This document shows positions 26,095 through 35,111 of a DNA stretch of 37,420 nucleotides, one piece after another (position 1 is the stretch's first letter; every line of letters begins with the position of its first letter). The stretch spans positions 1 through 37,420 of the forward strand of contig JBGASG010000020.1 of the NCBI GenBank assembly GCA_044229845.1. Reading direction: 5' to 3'. Position numbers and translations under genes: made by a program. The notes under the pieces were generated by a model that did no database searches, had not been told where the DNA came from, and was given only the letters and a program-made list of their open reading frames with translations. Origin of the DNA: Candidatus Obscuribacteraceae bacterium. Its GTDB lineage: Bacteria > Cyanobacteriota > Vampirovibrionia > Obscuribacterales > Obscuribacteraceae.

Positions 26095-27222
26095 TCAGAG
26101 TGTACCGCTTGACCTGCCGGCGGGCGCCATAGCGTGCGGTCCCACCAGGCGATTGAAGTCATCAGGGCGCACGGCCTTGTGGAGAGCAGCTTCGTACTCG
26201 ACCGCGCCGGACTTGACCAGGGTGGCGAGCGCTGTCTCCAGCGTCTGCATACCTTGCTGTCCGCCCATTTGAATTGCAGAGTAAATTTGCCCGACTTTGC
26301 CTTCTCGAATCAGGTTGGCAATGGACGGCGTGTTGATCATCACTTCCACAGCGGCTATGCGACCGCGGGTCGTAGGTGAAGCACCAGGCTTCGGCGTTTT
26401 TCTGGGCAGCAGGTTTTGCGACAATATGGCGGCCAGCGCGTTGCTGAGCATGACGCGCACCTGTTGCTGTTGGGCTTGCGGAAAGACGTCAATGATGCGG
26501 TCGAGTGTCTGGGAGGCGCTTTGTGTGTGGACCGCGGCCAGAACCAGGTGTCCGGTCTCGGCGGCCATCAGTGCGGTATGAATGGTTTCGGTGTCGCGCA
26601 TTTCACCCAGCAAGATCACGTTGGGATCTTCTCTGAGAGCCGAATGCAGCGCATTTGGGTAGCTCTTGGTGTCGGCGCCCAGCTCGCGCTGCGAGACGAT
26701 GGACTTGTTGTGCCGATGCAAGAACTCAATCGGGTCTTCGATTGTAAGGATGTGCTCAGCCTTGTTTTCGTTGATCCAGTTGACTATGGCGGCCAGTGTT
26801 GAAGATTTACCTGAGCCGGTGGGACCGGTGACCAGTATCAACCCGCGGTTGCGCATAACTAGGTCTCTGGCGACGATGGGAGGCAGATCGAGATCGTCGA
26901 AGTTCGGGACTTTGAAAGGAATTGTGCGCAGGGCGGCTGCGTAACTGTTTCTGTCTTTGTAGACGTTGACGCGAAAACGCCCCAGTCCGGAGACGCCGTA
27001 CGAACAGTCAAGTTCGAAGGTGGTCTCTATTTGCCGACGCTGTTCAGGGGTCAACATGGAGAAGACCAGGCGCTGCAGGTCGTCCTGGCTCAGCGAGGTG
27101 AAGTCGGTGCGCTCGAGTTTGCCCGAGACCCGAATAATCGGCGGCTGTCCTACCTTCAGGTGCAGGTCGGATGCACCGCGGTCGACAACGCTCTTGAGAA
27201 TCTCCTGAATTTCAACTGGCAT
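26095..27222 (-). CDS. pilT: Type IV pilus retraction ATPase PilT
   Basis: SDLHL, GRFRVN, GPTGSGKS, TIEDPIE, LREDP..LGEMRD, AETGH, SIANLIRE and GMQT motifs; AGGAGG SD before ATG 27222. Confidence 0.95.
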   Translation of the reverse strand: MPVEIQEILKSVVDRGASDLHLKVGQPPIIRVSGKLERTDFTSLSQDDLQRLVFSMLTPEQRRQIETTFELDCSYGVSGLGRFRVNVYKDRNSYAAALRTIPFKVPNFDDLDLPPIVARDLVMRNRGLILVTGPTGSGKSSTLAAIVNWINENKAEHILTIEDPIEFLHRHNKSIVSQRELGADTKSYPNALHSALREDPNVILLGEMRDTETIHTALMAAETGHLVLAAVHTQSASQTLDRIIDVFPQAQQQQVRVMLSNALAAILSQNLLPRKTPKPGASPTTRGRIAAVEVMINTPSIANLIREGKVGQIYSAIQMGGQQGMQTLETALATLVKSGAVEYEAALHKAVRPDDFNRLVGPHAMAPAGRSSGTL

Positions 27223-27280
27223 CTGCCCCTCCTGCTGCCGTGCCGAAAAAAGCGCCAAAATAAGCACGGCTATTGGAAAT

Positions 27281-27307
27281 TTTCCCGCAGGCTGAGGCGC
27301 TAAACCT
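27281..27307 (-). promoter_or_regulatory. Candidate SigB/F-type promoter AGGTTT-N15-GGGAAA upstream of pilT
   Basis: Minus strand reads AGGTTT agcgcctcagcctgc GGGAAA, 58 nt before the pilT ATG. Confidence 0.45.
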
Positions 27308-27372
27308 CATGACAGTGGGTTCGCCGTTACAATTAGGGCGCAACTTACCAATTTATCTGCGGCTGAAGTCTT

Positions 27373-28962
27373 TTGATCCGAACCGGCACCACCTTTCTGC
27401 TTATTGTCCTTCTGGCTCTGGGACTGCGTTTGGCCGGCATAACTTTCGACAGTTTCTGGCTCGATGAAGGCTATCAGACGATGGTTGATGCTATTGGTCA
27501 GCCGTTGCCGAATTTTACGCAAGTGCCTGATAAACCATTCCTGTTCAAGTTCGGAGAGCCGCAGCCGGTTAGGCAGGTGCTCGCCCAGTTTCGTTCCGTC
27601 GATCCTTTGTGTCCGCCACTGCATGCGGTGCTGCTCAACCGATGGATGACTGTGTTCGGACAGAGCGATCTGGCGATCCGCTGCCTTTCCGTGGTCTTTT
27701 CGCTGTGTGCGTTGACCGCTATATATTGGTTTGTCTACGGAATCTTCGGTCCGCGGGCGGCGGTTTTCACCGGTCTGATTGAGGCACTGTCTCCTTTCGA
27801 CATCTTTTATGCGCAGGAAGCGCGCATGTACAGTCTACTGATTTTTTGCGCCTCCATGTCCTTTGGCAGTCTGCTCCTTCTGGCTCACCGCTGCCGGCAG
27901 CGGTGTCTGCGGGGTAAACGTCCGGCACCGCTGGCGCCACTGAATCTACTCCTGCTCTTTGTGCACGCGCTCTTCTCGTGGGGGCTGATTAATACCCACT
28001 ACACGGGGCTGTTCGTCTTTCTCGCCGGAATTGCCTTCGGGCTGTGGGCGGCATTTTCGCTGAGCAGCTGGCGATTTCTGTTTGCCGTAGCGGGCGCCTG
28101 GGTGGCGGTGGCGCTGCTCTGGTTGCCGTGGTTTCCCCTCTTTCAACAGGCATCTAAGTTGCGTACGGCCTCGTTTTACGTGACGCGAGAAAACGGGCAA
28201 TGGTGGTGGCCCTTCTATGCGATGGGGCGTGTCGTCGTCAACTGGATTATTTTCCTGGCCGGCAAGAAAGTGATTTCCTGGTGGGCGACCCCTGTTTACG
28301 TAACAAGCGCTGTGCTGCTTCTCACGTCGGTGGTGGCTTCTTTAAGGCTGCGCCGCAAGTTGCTTGGTCCCGCTCTGCCGCTGACGGGCGTCTGGCTCTG
28401 GCTGGTGATACCGCCCCTGGTACTGCTTGTCATGGATGTGATCGAGAGCCATCGCGTCGTTGAAATCCCGCGATACATCATGGCGACTGCGCCGGCTGTC
28501 TACGTGTTGTGCGGGCTGGCGCTGGCGTTTCTCTCGTCGCTCCCCTCTCCTGCTACGGCAGCCGCCCGCTGGCTCTTGGTCGCCCACTGTTTTTTCTCGC
28601 TTTTGAGCAATCTCTCCTCCCACATCCTGCCGCAGCGGGAGCCCTGGCGTGACGTCGCTGCGTATCTGGAAGAGACGATGCCCGCCGAGCAGCCGCTGGT
28701 GCTCGTTGCTCAGCCATATGACTTAGTCTGTTTGAACCGCTATTTAACGAAACCGATTCGCCAAGTCGGGGTGAGTCCGGTTCTGGGCGCTCAGCACTTG
28801 TCGGCAATCGTAGACGGGCGACAAAGCTTTATCCTGATTACCGCTCAGGAGGGAGAAGCCATAGCTGGCTTGATTCCTGGCGATTTCCGCCAGGCGCAAA
28901 AGAAGGATTTTTCGCAAGGCGTTCATATGAGGGTCTACACGAAATCCACGACTGCGCCGTAA
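27373..28962 (+). CDS. GT-C membrane glycosyltransferase (family 39/PMT-like)
   Basis: SFWLDE, PPLH, R.LSV.FS, YAQEARMY and THY motifs; many TM helices; TTG start is uncertain. Confidence 0.85.
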   Translation: MIRTGTTFLLIVLLALGLRLAGITFDSFWLDEGYQTMVDAIGQPLPNFTQVPDKPFLFKFGEPQPVRQVLAQFRSVDPLCPPLHAVLLNRWMTVFGQSDLAIRCLSVVFSLCALTAIYWFVYGIFGPRAAVFTGLIEALSPFDIFYAQEARMYSLLIFCASMSFGSLLLLAHRCRQRCLRGKRPAPLAPLNLLLLFVHALFSWGLINTHYTGLFVFLAGIAFGLWAAFSLSSWRFLFAVAGAWVAVALLWLPWFPLFQQASKLRTASFYVTRENGQWWWPFYAMGRVVVNWIIFLAGKKVISWWATPVYVTSAVLLLTSVVASLRLRRKLLGPALPLTGVWLWLVIPPLVLLVMDVIESHRVVEIPRYIMATAPAVYVLCGLALAFLSSLPSPATAAARWLLVAHCFFSLLSNLSSHILPQREPWRDVAAYLEETMPAEQPLVLVAQPYDLVCLNRYLTKPIRQVGVSPVLGAQHLSAIVDGRQSFILITAQEGEAIAGLIPGDFRQAQKKDFSQGVHMRVYTKSTTAP

Positions 28963-29150
28963 CCCGAACACGCTCCTCCTCTTGACTTCCGGGCGATTAT
29001 TTAACTTGCCAAGTCATTAAGGCAATCTTAAGATGTAATCCCCCGAGCACAGCTCGTTTACCACCCATCCGCGCGCAATCCCCGGTTAATTCGGCTCCTG
29101 CATTGCAGGTCTTCAGCCTCGTCGTGCATGTTTCTCACCAAGGAATCCCT

Positions 29151-29684
29151 ATGGCAACACCAGAGCGTTCACTTCCCCACAACTTTCTAGCCGGACCCTC
29201 GTCCGACCTGGTTCCGCAAGCAGCCACCGTCGACCGGCTGCGGTATCAGTTGCTCAATCGCCTGAAAGGCATCGTCCAGAACGCCACCGAAATTTTCACG
29301 CCTACGGAGGCTCTGCCTGTCCTCGGACAGACCTCGAAGAACCCCGTCACCGAAGCTGCAGAAGCTGTAGTCAACCGCCGCTGGGGTACTGACGAACTGG
29401 CTCGTATGGGCAGCGTCGGGTCCGAAGGTACCGAACTCAGTCAACGCTACAAAGATGAAGTGAAGCGACTGATTCAAAAATCACGATCTGACATCGAGCG
29501 CTCTATGAGCCCTCAGGAATTGACCGATCTGCGTCAGGAAGAGCAGCACTATGAAGAGCGCCTGAAGATTCGCATGAAACAGCGCACTCTCAATATTCCG
29601 TGGCCGCAACGTGGTGATGTGATGCAAAGCTACGAAGAGCGCCTGATTGCCCGCATTGAGCGGTGCCACCGCACCAACGACTGA
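29151..29684 (+). CDS. Hypothetical soluble protein, 177 aa, helical C-terminus
   Basis: AAGGA SD before ATG 29151; fills the gap between flanking genes; no recognisable motif. Confidence 0.65.
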   Translation: MATPERSLPHNFLAGPSSDLVPQAATVDRLRYQLLNRLKGIVQNATEIFTPTEALPVLGQTSKNPVTEAAEAVVNRRWGTDELARMGSVGSEGTELSQRYKDEVKRLIQKSRSDIERSMSPQELTDLRQEEQHYEERLKIRMKQRTLNIPWPQRGDVMQSYEERLIARIERCHRTND

Positions 29685-29703
29685 TTTTCACAGGAATGAT
29701 TAA

Positions 29704-29742
29704 ACATCGCCTGCCGTGCTCGTCAAACACAGCAGGCGATGT
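29704..29742. terminator. Hairpin between convergent genes (15-bp stem with one mismatch, 9-nt loop)
   Basis: ACATCGCCTGCCGTG-N9-CACAGCAGGCGATGT; the mismatch becomes a G-U pair on the minus strand. Confidence 0.65.
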
Positions 29743-29803
29743 CCATTTCCAGACGCCATCACGGGCGGTGCAACCTGCTGCGGACGGAAGAGCAAGTCCT
29801 GCT

Positions 29804-30916
29804 CTAGCGCTCCGCTATGTAGCGTTTCTCTCCAAGCGCCACCATGTCCAGTTCCAAAAGCATTCGTTTCATTTTGGCGATTTCGCAAACCAGCTGGTCG
29901 AGCATAATGGTACGAGCAGTCAGCGTGTTGATGGTCAGGCCTTTTTTTTGAGCAACGCTGGCGGTGAGCACATCCAGCTGCTTCTTCGAATTTCTGTCTG
30001 TGAAGGCCGACATATTCGCATCAGCGATCCAGCGGTCGATAATCTGATCCAGTCGCTTTTTGCCATTCGGTGTTTCAGCCGGAACCTGGTTCAAGAACGT
30101 CCATACCGAGTTGGGATATTCAATCTCGGGAGTGGTTGGGTAGTTGAACAGTTTAGCGAGCATGTTCGGCTCGACCTCTGAAGTTTTCTTCTTGCCATTG
30201 ACGAGCATGAAGGTATACATAGAAGCGAAAGATGGAACAACTCCGGCGGGAATGCCGACGATTCCCACTGGAATGTTATATATGGGATGCTTGTAGGTAG
30301 GAATTACCAGAGCTTCAGTCACTGCCCATAGTGCGCCGTTGGTTATGAAAGCGAGCGCGTTGGTGCGGGCAATAGCCTTATCACGGTCGGATTTGAAAGT
30401 GGTGAGAATCTCGTTGTAAACCTCTTTCTCTGCCTCGATTTCGGCCGCGGTCGCATCAATTTCGAGGTTGGTCTTTTGCACGATCATGCGCGCCGCAAGC
30501 CTGGCATCAGCCAGATCCTGCTTGATGTACAGTGAACGCAAGCTCTGATCGTTGCCGACATCTGCCGCCTGCCGCTGGAGGCTAGCGATGCGTTCCAGTA
30601 CCGGAGTCAGTCCGATGTTGGAAGCAAGCTGCAGACTGTTGGGTGATAAACCCACGGTAGTCAGACTTACGCCGGTTCGAAGAATTTGCGATGGGAACTG
30701 CATACTGTTGGCTGCGGGCTCGCCGGGCTGAGCAGCGGCTGTGGCAACGGGGTCATCGCCTCTTTTTTGCTGAGCAATTGCTTGCGGATCGATGTACGTG
30801 TGGGTCATCAAGTAATTGGTGCCGACCGTACTGTTGGCATCCGCCAGAGCCGGAGACTCCAGGGAGGCAAGAATACTCAAAAGAAGAATAGTGACTGTGG
30901 CTCGTTGCATACTCAT
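29804..30916 (-). CDS. Secreted helical protein of unknown function (paralogue A)
   Basis: Signal peptide ending PALA; long identical runs shared with the adjacent gene, e.g. KKKTSEVEPNMLAKLF and FTDRNSK. Confidence 0.85.
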   Translation of the reverse strand: MSMQRATVTILLLSILASLESPALADANSTVGTNYLMTHTYIDPQAIAQQKRGDDPVATAAAQPGEPAANSMQFPSQILRTGVSLTTVGLSPNSLQLASNIGLTPVLERIASLQRQAADVGNDQSLRSLYIKQDLADARLAARMIVQKTNLEIDATAAEIEAEKEVYNEILTTFKSDRDKAIARTNALAFITNGALWAVTEALVIPTYKHPIYNIPVGIVGIPAGVVPSFASMYTFMLVNGKKKTSEVEPNMLAKLFNYPTTPEIEYPNSVWTFLNQVPAETPNGKKRLDQIIDRWIADANMSAFTDRNSKKQLDVLTASVAQKKGLTINTLTARTIMLDQLVCEIAKMKRMLLELDMVALGEKRYIAER

Positions 30917-32010
30917 CTCAATTTCGGCTCGTTGTCTTCGGTGATGTTGCTTGTGCTGGGCTGCAGTCCCGTGCTTGAGACCATCTGTTTCTCGTTCTGT
31001 ACCGCCATAGCTAGCTCCAACAGCATCCGTTTCATTTTCCAGATTTCCGCCTGCAACTGCTGCAGCATCACAGAGCGCGCCGTCAGAGTCGCTATGGACA
31101 ATCCCTTGCGTTGAGCAAAGCTCGCAGTCAGAACATCCAACTGTTGCTTCGAGTTTCTATCTGTGAAACCGGGCATGTTCGCGTCGGCAACCCAGCGATC
31201 GATGAGCTGGTTGAGTCGAGTTTTGCCTTGGGGTTCAGAAGCGGGCACCTGATGAAGAAACTGCCAGATCGACTTGGGATACTCGATTTCAGGATTTGTC
31301 GGATAATCGAAAAGCTTGGCGAGCATGTTCGGCTCGACTTCCGATGTCTTCTTCTTTCCGTTGATCTGTTTGAACGTATACATCGATGCTATCGACGGGA
31401 CGACACCGGCGGGAATGCCGACTATGCCGGAAGGTATGGCGAACTTGGCAAATTTGTAGCTGGGGATGGCGAGTGCTTCGCAAACGGCCCACAGAGCGCC
31501 GTTGCTGATGAAGCTAATGGCGTTGGTCCGAGCAACCGCTTTGTCGCGGTCGCTTGTAAATGTATTGAGAATCTCACTGTAGACCTCTTGCTCTGCGTCG
31601 ATCTCTGCCGCCGTAAAGTCCACCTCTAGCGCGGTTTTTTGGATCAGAAACGCAGCTTTGTCGGTCGCATCGTACAACTCTTGTCTGGCCGCGAGGCTCT
31701 CGACAGTTTGCTGCCCGCCGAGACCAGCCGCCCGCGCTCTCAAAACCTGGATTCGCTCCAGCAAGGGGGAAAGTCTGATCGTCTCGGAAAGTTGCAGGCT
31801 GTTTGGAGACAGACCAGGCGTATTCAAATTGATACCCGTTTTCAGAATCTGGGTCGGGAACTCCATGGTATTGGCGGTCGACTCTTTCGTTGCATTCTGG
31901 GCAATCGAGGTTGTTTGGTTCGGATTCGACCCATTCTGGTTCGAAGCCGCATGGGCTGCGTTAAGCGACAAAACAAAAGCAGCTGAGATCGAGAGAACCT
32001 TGAGTTTCAT
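30913..32010 (-). CDS. Secreted helical protein of unknown function (paralogue B)
   Basis: Signal peptide MKLKVLSISAAFVLSLNAAHA; ATGA overlap with paralogue A; alternative start at 32022. Confidence 0.85.
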   Translation of the reverse strand: MKLKVLSISAAFVLSLNAAHAASNQNGSNPNQTTSIAQNATKESTANTMEFPTQILKTGINLNTPGLSPNSLQLSETIRLSPLLERIQVLRARAAGLGGQQTVESLAARQELYDATDKAAFLIQKTALEVDFTAAEIDAEQEVYSEILNTFTSDRDKAVARTNAISFISNGALWAVCEALAIPSYKFAKFAIPSGIVGIPAGVVPSIASMYTFKQINGKKKTSEVEPNMLAKLFDYPTNPEIEYPKSIWQFLHQVPASEPQGKTRLNQLIDRWVADANMPGFTDRNSKQQLDVLTASFAQRKGLSIATLTARSVMLQQLQAEIWKMKRMLLELAMAVQNEKQMVSSTGLQPSTSNITEDNEPKLR

Positions 32011-32102
32011 TAGACTTCTCATTCAGTGACAAGCAACTAAAAGGAAATCATTGATCTGGTTGTCAAAGACTAAATAGCGGGCAAAACACCGTAAGGAAAT
32101 TA

Positions 32103-32528
32103 TCAATATGCGCCGCCGAGGAACCGTGAGCCCAGTACGATGTCTCCTTCGCCCGAAAGAATCGGTGCGACCATCTCCGGTATCTTGCGTGGATCGTATT
32201 GATAGTCGGGGTGCAGCATGATCACTACGTCGGCGCCGTCACGCAGCGCTTCCATGTAGCAGGTCTTCTGGTTGCCACCATATCCGACATTATGCGGGTG
32301 GCGAATAACTTTTATGTCCACATGGCTGGCGACTTCGCAGGTGTCATCTTTGCTGCAGTCGTCGACCAGAATAACTTCGCTGACCAGTCAGCGTGGGATT
32401 TCGTCAAATGTCTTCAGCAGCGTCTTGTCCGCGTTGTACGCCGGCATGGTGACGACTCTCTTGGCGGTGCCCGGTTTGTCTCTCAGACTAATAGCGCCAG
32501 GCGTTGTCTGTGTGTTTACAATGCTCAC
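32103..32528 (-). pseudogene. DPM1-like GT2 glycosyltransferase remnant with an internal stop and 3' truncation
   Basis: Manual translation: ...[38 protein letters not shown]...NVGYGGNQKTCY...MLHPDYQY...VLGSRFLGGAY*. TGA at 32388-32390; ends right after GSR. Confidence 0.88.
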
Positions 32529-32608
32529 AGAAAGGTCCTTACGGAATACCCTGAGCATGGTAAGAGGTCAAGCGGCTACAGTCAAACGGACTAAGGGACT
32601 TTAATAAC

Positions 32609-33799
32609 GTGCTGCTTACAACAACCTGGCCTCACCGGGCGCTGACCCTTGTCGGCACGACGTTTTTGCTTTTTGAAGTAGTATTCATCCAATTTTTCAT
32701 TGGTGAATATTGGTTCAGCACTGACCTGGCTGTCTTCGGTGTGCCGACGGTGCTGGCGTTGCTGCCAATCGCTCACTTTCTTCTAATGGGGCTGGAAAGT
32801 CAGTTCGGGTGCCGGCTATTCGGCTGGATTTTGAAAGGCAAGCCACCGGTAGCGTACAGAAAGTGGGTTCTGGTTGGTGACGAGAGCTTTGCTTTCGGAA
32901 CTCGTTTTGTGCGTTACAGCGTGGTCGACGAACTGGAATTGACTCTGCTCGGCAATCTGCGAGCCAAGACGCGAGCCGTTTCCGGGGCGGCGCAAGCGAA
33001 ACCCGATGTGGTAATCTCGCTGCCGTTTGGTATCACCAGTCGCGAAAGTCAAAAGCTTCTGGTGGAAAAAATCCAGCAACAGAGGCCCGACGTCGTGCTC
33101 AACAAAAGGCTCGAGAAGAGCCTGGCGTCCCCGGTTCTGAAAGGAGCCAGCGTCGGCATGGCTTCCGGTGCCGTGGTCATGTTTGTGGTCTTATTGGATG
33201 TCGGCTGGGGCTCATTCTGGTATCTCGACATGATGAAGCATTATCATCTCTGCGCCGTTGCCGCGCGCGACCGGAAGCTTGAGGACGCGCAGCGGGAGCT
33301 GAAAGCTGCCGACGATATTCGAAGCCATCCATTTCCCTTGTCGTGGGTGGCGCACAAGTTCGTCACGCAGCATTCGGCTGCCAGCATATATGGTGCGCGA
33401 GCTGAAGCTTTGTGGCGCATGGGGCGCCGGGATGAAGCGATCGAAGACGCTCGCAAGGCGTCGGAGCATGAGGAGCACAGTGAGATGCATGCGCTCAGGT
33501 TGGCTCGTTATCTGGGTTCCGTCGGCAAGATGGACGAAGCTCGTGCGGTGCTGGAGAAGCAAATCGAGAAACACAAAAAGCATTTGCTGCCGCGCATTTA
33601 TCTAGTGGCGAATGCGAAACAGACGTCAGAAGATGCGGCCAGACTGGAATATGAGAAACAGCACGACGAAACGGTCAAGGAGTTTTTCGAAACGGAACCT
33701 CGCTGGCCGCCGGGCGGCGATTTGTTCTTTCACGAACTGATCAGGCAGAGCGATATGCAATATGTGTTTCGCCGGCTGCTTGACATGAAGCCGGATTGA
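32609..33799 (+). CDS. Membrane protein (about 3 TM) with a C-terminal TPR-like domain
   Basis: Hydrophobic N-terminal helices, a third TM near residue 190, and RAEALWRMGRRDEAIEDARKA TPR-like repeats. Confidence 0.75.
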   Translation: MLLTTTWPHRALTLVGTTFLLFEVVFIQFFIGEYWFSTDLAVFGVPTVLALLPIAHFLLMGLESQFGCRLFGWILKGKPPVAYRKWVLVGDESFAFGTRFVRYSVVDELELTLLGNLRAKTRAVSGAAQAKPDVVISLPFGITSRESQKLLVEKIQQQRPDVVLNKRLEKSLASPVLKGASVGMASGAVVMFVVLLDVGWGSFWYLDMMKHYHLCAVAARDRKLEDAQRELKAADDIRSHPFPLSWVAHKFVTQHSAASIYGARAEALWRMGRRDEAIEDARKASEHEEHSEMHALRLARYLGSVGKMDEARAVLEKQIEKHKKHLLPRIYLVANAKQTSEDAARLEYEKQHDETVKEFFETEPRWPPGGDLFFHELIRQSDMQYVFRRLLDMKPD

Positions 33800-33858
33800 A
33801 GATTGTTTTGGGCTAACCTTTCCTTGACAATCGTCGTCTATGATCCTGTTTAACTCAA

Positions 33859-35091
33859 ATGACAAATGAGACCACATTCTGGCGCAGTTTGATGGGCAGC
33901 AGCTTTGTTGTTGCCCTGATTGGCGTCGTCTGTGTCGACATGTGGTTTGCTGCCTCCAATCCTCTGGCGACCGCACCGATCGCTAATCTCCAGCGCACCG
34001 AGCCGTTTTACGCTGCCCTGGAATATCGTCGTCAGTGTCGGCAGTCGGCCGTCGCACCGGATGTGGTGCTGCTCGGCTCATCGGTCATGGTATCACCTGT
34101 TTTGCAAGCGGAGTCGTTGCGTTTGCAATCGCCCCTCAAACGCATGCGTCACCGCCAGTGCGGAGAATTAGCGCAGGCGCTGAGTGCCCAGGGGCTGGGC
34201 GATCGCCAGGTTTTTAACTTCGCTGTCGGTGGCTGCATGTTCTCCGACGCATACTGGATCACCAAAAATGTTTTGCTTTCCGACGGGCGTCCAAAACCGC
34301 GTGCCATCGTATATGGTGTCGCTCCTCGCGACATCCAAGACAACATCATGCAGCAGACCGGCATTCCGGCAACCGAATCGTTCCAGTGCTTCGCGTCTGT
34401 AAACGACGCGCTGCGCGTCAAAAACACTCTCGGGATGAATTGGACCAAGCGTCTGGAACTGGTTCTCGGACGGGTATCGTCGCTGTGGCGGTGTCGTGCC
34501 GATCTGGTCGCGCTTGCCAATTTGCGCGGCAAGAAACTTCTGGAGGCGGCGTTGCCCTGGGTGGCCTTTGAAAAACGTCTGTCCGACGGCAGTGTGAAAG
34601 TGCAGCGCGGCGGCATGTTTCGCGAAGAAGCGATCGGTGAACCGATGGTGGTGCCCGGCTACGGACTGGAGCACATCAGCACAGAACTCACCGATCAGCA
34701 ATATCAGTTCCGCTACAATCCGCTGTCGCCGCGCATGAACGAAGTACAGCTCAGTTATTTAGAGAAATTGATTGCTCTGTGTCGCGAGCAGGAAGTAACG
34801 CTGGTTATCGTCAACATGCCCCTGTCCGAGCACAACCACAAGCTGATGCCGCCCGCTTTGTATCCGCTCTTCGTCGACCGTGTCGCTTCGGCGTGTCGCC
34901 ATGGACAGGTTGAGTTTGTCGACCTGGCTAAGACAGGCTGTTACACAGGAGACGACAATTTCGTAGATGGGGTACATTTATCATGTGAGCGAAGCCGTCC
35001 CTTCCTCAAGTTCTTGGCGACTCAGCTGTCAGCGACGAAACTGTCCTCCGCTTTGCACCCGCAAGTCGCCACTACTGGTAGTGCCAAGTAA
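33859..35091 (+). CDS. Membrane-anchored SGNH-like protein (DUF1574/DltD-like)
   Basis: N-terminal TM; LLGSS, FNFAVGG, YGVAPRD, IVNMP and FVDGVHL motifs. Confidence 0.75.
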   Translation: MTNETTFWRSLMGSSFVVALIGVVCVDMWFAASNPLATAPIANLQRTEPFYAALEYRRQCRQSAVAPDVVLLGSSVMVSPVLQAESLRLQSPLKRMRHRQCGELAQALSAQGLGDRQVFNFAVGGCMFSDAYWITKNVLLSDGRPKPRAIVYGVAPRDIQDNIMQQTGIPATESFQCFASVNDALRVKNTLGMNWTKRLELVLGRVSSLWRCRADLVALANLRGKKLLEAALPWVAFEKRLSDGSVKVQRGGMFREEAIGEPMVVPGYGLEHISTELTDQQYQFRYNPLSPRMNEVQLSYLEKLIALCREQEVTLVIVNMPLSEHNHKLMPPALYPLFVDRVASACRHGQVEFVDLAKTGCYTGDDNFVDGVHLSCERSRPFLKFLATQLSATKLSSALHPQVATTGSAK

Positions 35092-35111
35092 TTCCATTCT
35101 CTTCAATTCTG

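Noticed and set aside
32388..32390. TGA as selenocysteine or an alternative genetic code
   Set aside because: Many genes here end normally in TGA, the site is not a recognised catalytic Cys position, and the gene is also truncated.
33824..33852. TTGACA as a sigma70 -35 element
   Set aside because: No convincing -10 hexamer at 16-18 nt spacing; TATGAT lies only 9 nt away.
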